Source of the DNA: Selaginella moellendorffii
Lineage: Eukaryota; Plantae; Lycopodiophyta
Assembly (NCBI RefSeq): GCF_000143415.4
Contig: NW_003314367.1
Span: 62,001 to 126,000, forward strand
DNA: 64,000 bases
Direction: 5' to 3'
Below the pieces are notes generated by a model, which saw nothing but the letters and a program-made list of their open reading frames with translations, was not told where the DNA came from and ran no database searches. This document shows, in pieces, positions 1 to 13,455 of the stretch. Each line of letters starts with the position of its first letter. Positions within the stretch are counted from its first letter, which is position 1. The position numbers were made by a program, and so were the translations under genes.

Positions 1-1685
1 CTTGGAAGTTTGCATTCCTAGACTTAGAATCATTCTTTCTCTAGGATGAAATTTTTTTCACAAATTTTCTTAAGCTTTCCCAATGGCTGATCTATTAATC
101 ACTTTGCTCGAAACCATTCCATTTTTGAAAGCCAGTACAAACTAGTGAAGGGGTTGGAATTGACTTCGGTTGGCTTGGATCTTAGTAAGTAGTTTTTATG
201 ATGCGGCTCAAAAGGGATGCTAACATTTGGGGCTAAGGCAATTGAGTTGATATAGAAAAGTGGCTATGCACTTTTCTAAAAAGGGTGACCATTGTGCCTT
301 TGTTCTATAGCGTTGTGCTTGGTGGCAAGTTGCACCTTGCATTTGTTAGATTCTATGAGAGTAGTGAACTCTCATTGATCTTGATTTAATCTTGGTAGCC
401 CTACACCTTGGCTAAGGAAAGTGATATCCAACTTAGTTATTTAAGGTTAAGATGTTGATATCCGTACTATAGCTTTGTCTATGAAGAAGTTGTGTACCAA
501 TATGAGTCCATCTCATGGTCTTCATTTTAGTTTTGACTAAATGTTGGTCATGCATATCTAGCCTCTTCAAGGCATGCTTAGAGCCGTTGGCTAAACACAT
601 TGGTGAGCTTATTGCGGTTGAGTTGGATTTGAATGGTCATTTAATTTGTGCTTGTTTATAAACCTTTATCTCATACATGAGGTATTACATTCATGTTGAA
701 CAAGTATATGACTTGATAACAAGAGTTGGTGTTTGGGTCTTGTGAAAGCAAGTTGAAAGAGTGATTGTTAGTTGCTTGACAACTAATGGTTGCTTGTAGA
801 CTTTGTCGAAGACTGTTTGACACTTGCTTCTCTTGATGATGATTTAACAACAAAGGGCTTGCTTTACTGGATGGTGTTGCAGAGGATTGTGACGTTAGAT
901 TTACATGGTTTTTCCATGTTAGTATATCAATTTTACCTTTGTCAATATCATTTGGTTGCACTTAGTTCATAATATTGGATTTCATTAAATTTTGGATGTG
1001 GTGATTCATTCCTTGATGATGTGTTATCTGTAACTAAGTATTGTTGAAGAATTGGTTTCAAATATTGATTAAAATATCTTTGACTTTGGTTAGTTTAGTT
1101 GTTAGAGAGTTTTGAGTGGTGATTTCACTCTTGCTTTCTTCTAGCTTTGTTTGGTGTTGATGGCATTGAAGTGATGCCTTATCATTGACATTGTTGATAT
1201 TGAGATTCAAGTGAAATGAGATGTCTTTCCATAGAATTGATTTTGAGTTTCATTAGTCTCAATAAAAATAGTGTTAATGGTTTGGTTGTAGTTTTATGTT
1301 GTTGGCATTTTGTACAATTGTTAGTTAGCAATTGTATTAACATTCAAATGAACTGAGTGGCAAATTAAGTTGTGTTTTAAACAAGATTGTTTAGTAGAGG
1401 TTGAGCTTTAGTTTTTCCTTGAAAAGTGGTTTAGTCGTGAACTATGCTAACTTTACAAGCGGAAGAGTTAGTGATTGATATTGAAGTGATTGAATCTTTG
1501 TTGGATTTGAGTTGGGATATATCAATCATTGATGATTTTTTTTATGCTTGTTATGAAGTGAGTTACATCTTACTATAGATGGATTCATGGAGGATCATTT
1601 GGTTCTCACTTATTGAGCATAACTTAATTGTGTTTAGTTTTTGAATTGATGCAAATATGCTCTTCATTAACTTTGGCATTATGAA
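1..1685 (-). repeat. Decayed AT-rich retroelement-derived sequence; inverted paralogue of ~8135-11400
   Basis: The reverse complement of 1-60 matches 11339-11399. Similarity continues to 1611/9791, jumps the solo LTR, and resumes at 1607-1685 versus ~8135-8212. No intact ORF. Confidence 0.85.
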
Positions 1686-2723
1686 GCTTAGCTTATGGAT
1701 GTGTTGAGGAGAATATTGTGGGTTGTACCATGATTTCTTCTTTAGCACGTGTTATAGATCTTCATATAGATTTCTTCATAGCACATTACTCAAGTTAGTT
1801 CTGATAGATTAAAATGTTATCTCTTTCGGATGATACATTAGCGAGCATTATGCTTGTCAGTTAAGGATACTTTGTATTCTTTGAGTTATCTTTGGTAAGT
1901 TGTTTAGCATACTGTTTACAATCTTCGGTAATTAAGTTTTCTCATTGAGTTTTCTTGATGATACACTTGCTATTGAATTTTGTTGAATAGTGAATCCTAT
2001 ATTTTCCAATTATGTTGATCTTGGTGGTTCCTATACTGTAATGCTGGTTTATGAGATGATAACTTACTTAGAATACTTTTGTATTCTAATCTAAGATTTA
2101 TTCACTGATAATTAAGTCTCTAAGATATCATTGTTTATGACTTTGATATTGTCCATCTATTGATCTTTGGGTTTGGGCCAATATAGGCAGACTGGCTTCG
2201 GCACTTCGTGTGTATGGTGAAATCTTTAGTCATGGGGTAGCTACTATCTACTGGTCACATCACCCACTTCTCTGTCCATGTTCCTTATTTTGTTAAAAAG
2301 GGCGTGACCATGTAAATAACTCTAACTGATTATTTACAATAGTCTATTTAAACCTTACCGACAAGTTTGATTTCTTTACTTATAAGGGTTGGGGCCTCTA
2401 GCTTCTCTCTCTATGCCACTTGTGGGTAGGGGCATATCACACTTTTGTAAGTTGGGTGACACTAAGAGCAGCAAGGGTGGCTAACTCTGTTGGTCATTTT
2501 CTTGTCGGCAACGGCCAGAAGGTGTCTGAGCTAGTAGCACATCCACGTTAGACAAAGAGGTTGTCTCCTAACTCATTTAAGTTGGTGTATCTGATTTAAG
2601 TATACAGTCAATGACCAATTTCTCAACTAGCTCAAGTGGGAACTAATAACAGGTCTAACAATACCGACCTCTTGCTATTGTGGTAGTAAGGAAAGAATAT
2701 CCGAAAGGACTAGCCAACAAATA

Positions 2724-3480
2724 ACTTTTGATACCCGAAGTCACATTCAAAACACTCTCCCCCCCTAGGGAAGATTGATGTCCTCGTTGATGCATACTCA
2801 AGTCTAGACCACCGCCAAGGAAACAACTCCGGAAAAAGTTCATAGTGATCACACTATAAGAGAAAGGGGGGGGGGGGGAGGGGGCCTGTAGAGGGTTCCA
2901 AATGTATAGTAGGGATAGTGGGTAGGTTGGGCATGGCCGACCAACCTGAGGCATAGTTTAGCTCTTATTTGCGTGCCTGTCCTTGTTCTGCATCCGACTT
3001 GGGTTTAACCGCAAGCTCCACACCATGCTAGGAGTACCTATTTCCTCGTGTTAGGCCACCGGTATGCTAAAATAGCATTAGACTCTATTTAACTCTGTTT
3101 TGCATGTTGGTATTGGCATTGGGATGTTAAATGCTTTAGGATTGTTCCAAATTGCTCTGTGCTCTTGTCCCTTCGCTCTTTGGGATATATGCTTGGGAGT
3201 TGTTCTGTGCCTTAGTGCCATTGCTCCTTGGCTCCATGCTTGGGAGTTTGGCACCGTTTCTTCGTTCAGTGGCCCAAAGTTTTGAAACTCGGGTTCCACA
3301 CCACTGTCCTTTGGACACGTGGCATGTGACATGTGGCATATAACATGTGGCACATGGATGGTTTCGGTTCCACTTTGTGGTTATTCTATGGTAAATCACC
3401 ATAGGATAAAGGGTAAAAACCACGTGTGCTACACCAATGCTTACTCTCTGAGAGATTTATAGTTGGAATGTATGCAAGAT
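2724..3480. mobile_element. Possible LTR remnant related to LTR family A
   Basis: 2885-2925 (tgtagagggttccaaatgtatagtaggga) resembles 22022-22055 in LTR A. A reverse PBS-like ttttgatacc lies at ~2724-2735. Boundaries are uncertain. Confidence 0.35.
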
Positions 3481-4111
3481 CCTCAAGTGGTTGGTCTTAA
3501 TAAAAAGATTTCATTAGCAATAAAAAGAGAAGAAAAAAAAAGAAAAACAAACCTGAAAAGAGTGATGTCTTTATTGGAATATCCTAGCTTCCCACCACCC
3601 CAACCATAACTCAAGTTGTGGTATACAACTTACGTCCATATGGCCATCTTCACGCCACCACATTTGAATCTTATTTGCTTTTGTCTTATACTCTTCTTTA
3701 GAAAGTGCAACTTACCATTGTTTTGCACAATTCCTTAAACACTAATTGGAAATCTAGCTTAAGAAGATGGCAGTATTGGTTTAGGCTCTAAGCCCATGGA
3801 ACTCACAAGTCCTTTCACAACCTTCTAGGGGTTGATCATTCCCAAAGACTGCTCGAACACCATTTCAATTAGCCTATGAAACCATGAAAGTTGGTAGGCT
3901 TACCAGTCTGCTTCAGTACTGGTAGAGCATGAGCATTGAGAGAATGAGAGAGAGAGAGAGGGAATACTCTTATCCTCAGAATATTCCCCATCTTCCTTGT
4001 ATATATAACCCTTGCCTCACAAGGGCAAGGGGGGGCATTGACAAAGAGTATTGAGGCATTTCTTGTGTTTGAGCGAGCGTTCGGGGAGATGCCCCTCCTT
4101 CCCCTAACAAA

Positions 4112-4122
4112 TGGTGAACCCG
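4112..4122 (+). promoter_or_regulatory. Primer-binding site complementary to the tRNA-Trp 3' end
   Basis: TGGTGAACCCG follows a CA LTR end after a 2-nt spacer. Plant tRNA-Trp ends ...CGGGUUCACCA (from memory). Confidence 0.65.
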
Positions 4123-4837
4123 GCATCACATGCAGCACTTTCGAAGGCATCATTTCTCTCTTTTTCTTTTAGCCGCAGATTTTGGGAAGGAATTTTTTAT
4201 TTGTCTTGTGGTGGTTTTGTTTGATCTTGGGTGTGTTTTGGAGCTCCTCTTTCCAGCAAGGTATGGCGCTCATCAAGCCGTGTAGTATTTGAAAAGATAC
4301 AACATTTCTTGGCTCAGGTTTGATGAACATTTTGGGTTTTCACTTTCTCACCTAAATCCTCGGCCCAATTTCTCAAAGTAGTGCATTTGGGCTTGTAGAT
4401 CTGGCCTAGATCTATGATAGTGGTGATTCTTGGCACTAGATTTGGGCAAATTGACGACATGCAAAAGGATTTTCTTCTCCAGTCATCTTTGTAGCAGGAA
4501 TTTATGCTTCTCCGGGCTTTGTTTTGGATGTCGTTTGTTTCTAGGGGTGCTTGTGGTCCTAGGTTTTCCAAAAATATCAACAGCACCTTACTATCAATCT
4601 ACAACAGTGACATGCATATGTTTTTCCACAATATTGGTGTTCTGGGCTACCTCTTCTTGGATTTCAGAGAATATTAAATGAACTTCTTCACAAACACTTG
4701 TGGTAGAGGGTAGACCCCCCCTTTCCAACAAACCCACCAACAGTCAAAATGGGGAAGGATCGAGACCAAAAGACTCATTTTTCTCTTTTGGGCTAAACTT
4801 TGTTGAAAGTTCCTTGGGAACGGAACAATCTTCAGGG

Positions 4838-4965
4838 AGCAAGAGTAGGCATAGGAATAGGAACAAGAATAGGAGCAAAAACAAGAGTTGGCATAGGGGT
4901 AGGAGTAGGCACAGGGGTAGGAGTTAGTGTTGGAGTAGACGCAGGAATAGGAGCGAGAGCAGGTG
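4838..4965 (+). repeat. Degenerate hexamer tandem repeat (AGGAGT/AGGAAT-like)
   Basis: 6-bp periodicity that produces the low-complexity ORFs RHRNRNKNRS and GIGIGTRIG. Confidence 0.7.
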
Positions 4966-7900
4966 GTTGGTTACAGGTCCTTAATTACTAGTTACTAGTT
5001 ACTGGTTACTAGCTACTCTGAGAGGTCAGCGCTTACTCTACGGGTCAACGGTTATGTGTGCTTGAGGCTTATATCTCCTTCCATTTTCACCCTTATTACT
5101 TTTCGTCATAGGCATTTTGGGCAACTTTGAGCAACTTGAGTGCTAGCCTGCAATCTTCTTGCTTCTATCAACCCAGTTGCCTTGACCAGGCATTTGCAAT
5201 GTTTAGGGTATTTGATGCCGGTACAAACTAGATGTGTGACAAATAGCACTTTTTTACTATACCTCAAGGCCCTAAGGTATGTAGTAAGCTTTCTAACATC
5301 CAAAAGTAGCTTAGGTACGACACAGCACCTCCTTGAGCCGAGTCCTCTTCATCCTCAATAGATTCCAGTGACTTAGATCTACGAGCTATGGCGCAGCCAC
5401 CTTTAGCTCGACCCCAGCTCCATGTTTTGCAGAATGGGAGTGATATGCCGACCTTCTTATGTGTTGGAATAGCCTCTCCAACATTGCATATTAGTCGCTT
5501 TGATTATTACTGCACCACAAACATGATCACCGACGATTGTATGTGCTATGACTTCTTATAATCTCTCAAAGGCAAAGCAGCAACTTGGGTAGATTCTCTC
5601 CTCCTAAAGGACTGAACAGACTTCTAGACACTACTTATTTCTTTCAGAGAACATTTCGTTGAAGAAAAACCCACAAATCGGCTACTTGTCGACCTCTTTT
5701 TATTTCGGCAGGGTGCTCATGAGTCTATTCCTGACTATATAACTTGGTTTTGAGCATACTGGAAGAAATGTTGGGATTATAGAGTGCTCCAAGATGAGCA
5801 ACAAGGAATTATAGTATTTATAGCGGGTCTGCATGGGAACTTGCAATAGAAACTTCTTAAGAAGACATTCAGATCTTGTTGCGAGGCCTTTTCATTTGCC
5901 ACGAAGTTGGAAAGAGAGCTTCTTGTGAACCTGAGGATCGCTAGAATTGATTTCGACCAAGCCATCACCCCGTCAAAATCACCTTGTGCAACTATTCACC
6001 TATCCACACTAAAGCCCATCCCTATTGAGCATACACCTCCGGCTATTGAGAACTTTGCCAAAGAGATGTAACAGTTGAAGGAGATCATTTTTCAGCAACA
6101 ATCACACCATGACAAACTGCTCCAAGAGCTCGTGGAGTCCAAGAAAGAGGTTGCTACAGCTTGGGAACACAGATTTTAAGTCCCGTTGGTGCATTCACTG
6201 CGAGACGAACACACACAACACGCAGCACTGCTTCAAGCTTCACCCAAAGCTTTGGCCTCCACCTTCTCAACGTCTCTAACAATGTCCCTTTATTGATAAT
6301 TCCACATCGTCTCAGGGTCTAGTGACATATCAGAAGCAGTTGGAGCAACAAGCAATTGAAGCAGCCCCTTCGTCAAACAAAGGCAAGGTACTAGCCTTAT
6401 CGGTTAACACGATTTTGGTAGCCAAGGAACTCTATAGGCAATAGCAGCAAACCGCAGCCACTCAAGCCCAAGAGAAAAAAAAGGCAGCCGCTCAGCCTGC
6501 CATAAATCCCCCAATGCCAGTTGAGAGTGAATCTCTATTGGCACCAGATCCAGTGACACAGAGGGTGGCTTATAAGCTCTCTTTCAAGTCACTACTCTCT
6601 TCTCCTCCTGAGATCCCACCAATAGCTATTCCTGTTCTGGAGTTGGTTCTTCAACAGTTGGTTGACACTCCCGCACCTTTTCACTCTGAGACATATTGTG
6701 TCTTGTCCCGGGATTCAGCTAGTGTTTAGAGGAGTTTGCACAGTTAGGAACACTAGAGAGCACTCTCAAGAGGACTCCTCAAGAGGTGCACATTGTCGAC
6801 ATGATAAGATATGGTGGAGATCCTGGTCCATTCTTCGTCCCGGTGCAAATTGGTAATTCCTCTTGTAGGATGGATGCTTTGGTTAACTCTAGTTCTGGAA
6901 GCAACATTATCTCTCTCGAAGTTGTCCTTTCAGCACAGCTACAGGTCATTGAGAGCTCCTCCATCGTGCTCAAGACCTTTGCCAAGCACACCATTCCTCC
7001 AGCGGGCATTTGCTGTGGTGTCAAGGTCTTAGTGTAGGGTGTTATTTCTGAGGTAGATTTCCTTGTGGTTGACTACCATCATCTTGGAACGTCCTCTTTG
7101 AAAGACTCTATCTCCTTGGCTACTCATGGCAAGTCACAACCCATTGCACCATTGACAGTGCACAAGGCAAAATGGAAATTAGCGATGGAACCCATAGCGC
7201 CACCTTTCTCAACAACCATGGCAGAGCTCTTTCTCATAAAGCCTAGCAGACTCAAAATAAGATGGCCTCCACACCACACTTCCCTCCTAAGCTCACAGAG
7301 TTTTTTCTGAGTTGGCGGTGGAGTTAACAATCTATATGACGGATGCTTTCTCATGCAATGCGATTGACATGGTTGGAGGTGAGTTAGATAGCTCGAGACA
7401 TCTCTCAGCTTCACTCTCTTTATTTGAGAGTAAAGCCGAGCCTTTCACCACGCCCTCTTTATTTGATGGTAGGGCTTATAGGGTATGGGCTCCCATATCC
7501 AGCTTTTCGGAGTGTTTCTTGATAGAGGAAGGGCTTCTCGATTTGTTTCTTGCATGGGACCAACTCTCTCTTATGGAGCTTGAGGACAATTTTAGTCCTC
7601 TAGATCTGGTTGTGGAGCTCACTCTAGACCAGGTCCATCTTTTGCAGGACACAGCCGAACTCAATCCTCCTCAGCAACTATCTGGGGTGTCACACAGCCA
7701 GCATCTTTCTACTAAAATCACGGTAGCTGACGACTCCGAGTGTATTTTGTCATGCCATTTCCTGGAGACGGAGGATGACATCTAGACACAGAAATGGCAG
7801 AAAGAATCAAGCCAATCAAACATGCTGCATGTGAGTTAGAGCTCTTTGAGTTCAAAATTTCCTACTGTAGAGCTCCTGGTACAGATCCAAGTGTATTACA

Positions 7901-8212
7901 CTGAAAGTTTAGCATTAGACTTGGACTTGACTTCGGTGGAAGATCTTCCTTCACTTGCAAAGTACTTGGCTATAGTCCTTGCATTTGACATTGAGCGCTC
8001 AGAGCATCGGAAGCAACAAGAACAATAGACAAAGACTCCAGATCCAATAACAACGTTCTTGCCTAACTTGCCAGAGACAGTCTTGCTGGATGTGGTGTCC
8101 CTAGCATCTTTATTTGAAGCAGAGGACACTCCTATTCATAATGCAAAGATAATAAAGAGCACGTCTGCATTAATCCAAAAGCCAAATACAACAAAGCTAT
8201 GCTCAATAAGTG

Positions 8213-9790
8213 TGTAAGTGACTAATTTTTCCATTTTACTTTAGTCACTTAACTGCATCTCCGACCACTTGGAGGAGTCTCACTCACAACCTCCATAAGT
8301 CCTATTTCAGACTTGGGCTTGCTAGCCCCTAGAATGGCATCCCCGCCACTCAACCTTTGCACTTGGTATAAGTGCCCCACGTGTCCGATCCCATGACCGA
8401 CACCCTAAGATACCACTAACATATCAGCCCGTTACACTAAGGCCATGCCCATTCACCTTGGTCACACTGGTGGTCTAACACCACCTGCATCACAGTCCCG
8501 TCTCTCAAAGACTGGGCCATCCATCCACGAGTGATCATCCCAGATCCACTCCTTAGCATCCTTAGGATGCCCACAAACATGGGGAATAGCCTTCCCCAAC
8601 ATCCCTTTATCAGTTCCTACCAAGTCCCTTTCCCGTCCATAGCCATGTTCACCAACACTACCACTAGATCAAGGCCCGTAGGCCCCGTCCACTAAGTCCC
8701 ATTGTCCTCTGGGACTTCCTCACCATGTGACCGTATCCGTAGTCACTACACTAGAGAACTGCTCCTCCTCCTTTCCCCCATTTGGGACTTCGGGACAACA
8801 TTTCGAAACACTGTGGCCCTACGCGAGCCCCGTGGGTACTCTCCCCACCTTCCACTTTTAGGTGCTCTAGCCATGGGCTTAGAGCAAGGTTCTGTTGAGC
8901 CACACCAGGTATCCAAGTAAGTAGTGCCACCCACACTTGGACTGGGAGTATCACCCAGTCGATCTCCCGGGGGAACTAGAGCCAGCTCTTGAACACTTCA
9001 CCAAGCTACCTCGTTTGTCGGTCCGTATTCACTCTAGTCTTGGACTTCCCAGTGGTCAGTTCATCACCCAACACTGGGTCTGGCCTTCCTGGGCCAAACT
9101 GGCCTTTCCTGGCCAAACTGGCCTTTCCTGGCCAAACTGGCTCCACTGCAGTCCTCCCCCTTACTATACTTTTGGAGCTCACCAAACCCCCTAGGGTCTG
9201 GGAGACAAACACTTTGGGCTTTCACCCTCTCAGACTCGAACTCAGACTCGGACTCGGACTCGGACTCGGCCTTGGCCTCGGCCTCGGCCTCGGTCTCGGT
9301 CCTGATCTCGGTCTCGGTCTCAGTCTTGGTCTCGGTCTCGGTCTCGGTCCCGGTCTTGGTCTCGACCTCGGACTCCATCTCGGGTCCTTCTTGGACTCCA
9401 TCTCGGACTCCATCTCGGTCCATCTCGGACTCCATCTCGGACTCCATCTCGGTCCACCTCGGACTCCATCTCAGACTCCATCTCGGACTCCATATCGGAC
9501 TCCATCTCAGACTCCATCTCGAACTCCATCTCGGTCCACCTCGGACTCCATCTCGGACACTTCCACGTGTCATGTTTTGGTCCTTTTTGGGTCCCTTTTT
9601 GGAGCCTTGCTTATTGGTTACCTCGTGCTCGCTCCTCGAGCACTTTGTTGGGAGTTCCACTCCCACTCTCGACCTTCCAAGTCGGAGCTTTTAGTCCAAA
9701 CGTGTTACGCTCGTTTGGCTTTCGCTTCAGCCACTACCACATGGCGCCCTTCCGGCTCCACTTTGGGGCCTAGGGATTTTGTGTCTCACA
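8213..9790 (-). mobile_element. Solo LTR (family A, 1578 bp) with 5-bp TSD AAGTG
   Basis: TG...CA termini, with AAGTG at 8208-8212 and 9791-9795. It is homologous to the LTR at 21413-22988, which precedes a PBS on the + strand. The empty site (single cactt) is at 1607-1611 in the inverted paralogue. Confidence 0.93.
9230..9560. repeat. 6-bp (CTCGGW) and 12-bp (CTCGGACTCCAT) tandem arrays inside LTR A
   Basis: The periodicity is directly visible. A decayed counterpart lies at ~21690-21960. A 19-bp unit (ctggccaaactggcctttc) also occurs about three times at 9080-9142. Confidence 0.9.
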
Positions 9791-9795
9791 AAGTG

Positions 9796-12700
9796 ATCAT
9801 CTAATCGATCCTCTATAAATCCATCTATAACAAAACGTAACTCGCTTCATAACAAACACAAGAAGAATCATCAATGATTAATATACCTAATCTTAAATCT
9901 AACAAAGACAACATTCTAACATCAATCACTAACTCTTCTTTTGGTAAAATTAGCATTGTCTACAACTAAATCACTTTTCAAGGAAAAACTAAAGCTCAAC
10001 CCCTACTAAACAATCTCGTCTAAAACATAACTAACTCAAATTGGTCATTTAGTTTGTTTGAATGTTAATATAGTTGCTAACTAGCAAATGCACAAATGCC
10101 AATAACATAAAGCTACAGCCAAATCATTAACACTATCTGTATCGAAATTAATGAAACTTAATATCAATCCTATAAAGAAATATCTCATTTAACTCAAATC
10201 TCAACATCAATATTGTCAATGACAAAGCATCACTTCAATGCCATCAACACCATAACAAAATTAGTAGAAGGCAAGAGTGAATCACCACCCAAAACTTTTT
10301 AGCAACCAAGCTAACTAGAGTCAAAGATATTTTAATCAATATTAGAGACTAATCCTCCAACAATACTCAGTTTCAGATAATACATCATCAAGGAGTGATT
10401 TACTACATCCAAAACTCCATGAAATCCAACACCATGAACTAAACGCAACCAAATGATATCGATAAAGGTAAAGTCGATAAGCTAACATGGAAAAACCATG
10501 CAAGCCACAACACAATCCTCCGCAACACCTTCAGGTAAAGCAAGTCCATCACTGCTAAATTATTATCCAGCAAAGCAAGTGTCAAACAATCCTCGACAAA
10601 GTCTATAAGCAATCACTAGTTGCCAAACAACTAACAATTATTCTTTCAACTTGCCTTCACAAAACCCAAACACTAAACTCATGTCATCAAGTTATATATT
10701 TGTCCAATATGAATGTAATACCCCAGATATGAGATATTGGCTCATAGACAAGCACAAACTAAATGACCACTTAAATCCAACTCAACTGCAATAAGCTCAT
10801 TAATGTGTTTAGCCAACAGCTCTGAGCATGCCTTGAAGAGGCTAGTTATGCATGATCAACATTTAGTCAAAACTAAAGTGTAGACCATGAGATGAACTCA
10901 TATTGGTACACAACTTCCTCATAGACAAAGCTATAATACGGGTATCAACATCTTAACCTTAAATAACTAAGTTGGATATCACTTTCTTTAGCCAAGGTGT
11001 AGGGCTACCAACATTAAATCAAGATCAGTGAGAGTTCACTACTCTCATAGAATCTAACAAATGCAAAGTGCAACTTGCCACCAAGCACAACGCTATAGAA
11101 GAAAAGCACAACGGTCACCCTTCTTAGAAAAGTGCATAGCCACTTTTCTATATCAAATCCAGACTTTATCCAACTCAATTGCCTTAGCCCCAAATGTTAG
11201 CATCCCTTTTGAGCCGCATCATAAAAACTACTTACTAAGATCCAAGCCAACCGAAGTCAATTCTAACCTCTTCACTAGTTTGTACTGGCTTTCAAAAATG
11301 GAATGGTTTCGAGCAAAGTGATTAATTAAAAAAATTATTGAAAAATTTTTCCATCCTAGAGAAAGAATGACTCTCAGTCCAGGAATGCAAATTTTCAAGA
11401 CTCAACCAACTTCCTCTTACTAATAACTTCATATATGTTCACTTTAACACTAATTCTCACGACGCACAATATATCTAAGCATTGAACATCTTGCCCATAT
11501 TTTCGACATCCAACACCAATATTTGCAAAATGCAAAATAAACATCCAAGACTCAATCACAAAGACTATATCTTTAAATATTCACATTGCATTAACACTCT
11601 TCTTCAATCACTTTCAAGATCTAATGTGAAGCCAAAACACTAACAAGAAAAATGACATGAAACATCAAGGTCTAAGGAAAATTCTTTATCACTCAAAATA
11701 ACAATGCCACTTTCACTAACACAAGTGTTAACAATGTTAATGCCTCAACTTTACACCTTTTCCATACAATAATCTACTTCAAGTGTTAACGGATAAACCA
11801 ACAAGCTAATTTTTTTTTTCCAAAAACATTTTTCCCATGACTTTAGTATGGCATATTCTACCATCAATAAAATACCTACAGTTGTATGTGAACACTATCA
11901 TGATCATTAGTAATAACATCTTCGAGCATCCACTTGAATCTCCACTCTTAACGTGCATAACCACCCTTAATTATATCTTTTGAATCCTATGGTTCAATTT
12001 TATTCCTTTATTACTTGGTTTCAACCTTACATGTTCCCTTTGATTATTCTTCCTCTAAGCAAGAAAAATAACTTCGCACTTTCTACCTTGCATTAACAAG
12101 TATTTTTAAAGATGAACTTTTGTGGTTCCTCAATTTAAATATGCTCACTTTGTAATCCCACACACTGGGATTAGCATTGCTACTCATAGCCTTTATGTGG
12201 CTATCACTAGCCTAGCCAAAATCCATTTTGGATTTGTCTAATTTTGGATAGACGGACTTTTTCTGTCTTTAACTTTCCACAACATTGGACATTGGATAGT
12301 ATTTTATATCTATTATTTTTTAGGGACTTAGTTCTTAGGGCTTTATCTAATGCCCTCGTGATACCCAACACCACTTTTTAGGTGCTTAAGAGTGTTTAGG
12401 TGTCCCAATGAGCATTTCCTTTTACGACCTTGATTCACTATATCACAATATACACAATTTATCCCTCAAGAGATATTTTTTTTCCTTCTTATCGCAATAA
12501 GAAGTCTTAAGAAGTTGACTTCCACTAATTTAATTAATTACACTATACATTTTGCTTAGTTGCTTCATAGTCGTTAAGTTCTATAACTCATTGTTAGTGC
12601 TTCCACACCTTCATCATTATTTGGGTCTACACACTTAAATTACATACCTTCCAGTTTAGGCTATGTCAATCCCATTTCTATTAGGATTCCTTTGGTAAAG

Positions 12701-13013
12701 GGTTCTCAAGAACCAACTTGAGTTCAATGCTTCATCCCTTTCTTTGCCAAGACCAAAGTAGTTGTTTCTTATACCAACTATCAGCTAGCACTACACCAAG
12801 GCATAACAAGTCTAAAATGTGAAATTGCCCATATTAAACCTCATGCCAGTTGGAAAGTTTGCAAAAGGAAAAGCCTTGGCAAGCTAAAGGATAAAGTCAC
12901 TTCAAGGTTCCTAAAGAAAATTCTAGGTAGGTTAGTACTTAGAAAGACAAATGTAAATGGTTTATAAAAACACAATGAGGTGAGGTTATTAAGGTTAGGG
13001 AATTAGTTCCCAA
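9796..13013. mobile_element. Mosaic of heavily decayed retroelement internal fragments (host of the TIR element)
   Basis: 9796-11400 is inverted relative to 1-1606. 11810-12720 is inverted relative to 23830-24990, and 12920-13013 relative to ~25128-25262. No ORFs. Confidence 0.7.
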
Positions 13014-13040
13014 AAGCTCTATTTCGTTAAAGTGGGAATT
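13014..13040 (+). repeat. Left terminal inverted repeat AAGCTCTATTTCGTTAAAGTGGGAATT
   Basis: Matches the reverse complement of 21058-21084 with 2 mismatches. Confidence 0.9.
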
Positions 13041-13455
13041 GTCATTATCCCACTTGTAAAATAAGGTTTCCAAACCTTTATATAGTATATAAATATAACA
13101 AAATTCAACTGCATTGAGGCACATGCCATTTTATTTTAAACAAGGAAATGTCTACTTCATCACTTTTCCTCCCCCTGCCACTGGCTCACCTCTCTCTTCT
13201 CCTTATCATCGTCGTCCAATTTCTTTCTATCCTTTTAATATTGGCTCCGTTGCTCCGAGTCTAGGTGGAGCCCAAGTCCCCATTTAATCTTTACTTTCCC
13301 TTTATTCATAAAACAACTTCGTAGACTTCCAATAACATGCTGTAACACTTCTAGTATAATGCAAATCCTCTCAAAGAATTGTCTTTTAATATTAATACAA
13401 TGGCATGGAACCCCATGCCATAATAAGTTACATTTTTAAATAAATACATGCCATC

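Larger units (their letters stand above)
3920..8135 (+). mobile_element. Truncated, decayed Ty3/gypsy LTR retrotransposon (LTR end, PBS, gag, zinc knuckle, protease remnant)
   Basis: An LTR-like end (taaca, 4109) is followed by the PBS tggtgaacccg. Gag-like residues (FRQGAHESIPDY, IVFIAGL) lie at ~5640-5870, a knuckle WCIHCETNTHNTQHCFKLHP at ~6188-6245 and a protease-like ORF at 6786-7037 (ALVNSSSGSNI). There are many stops, and the left boundary is approximate. Confidence 0.7.

Noticed and set aside
8989-9804. LGLGLG/SESESE/RPRPRP ORFs (also 21517-22073)
   Set aside because: Produced by 6- and 12-bp tandem repeats inside LTR A; open in several frames on both strands.
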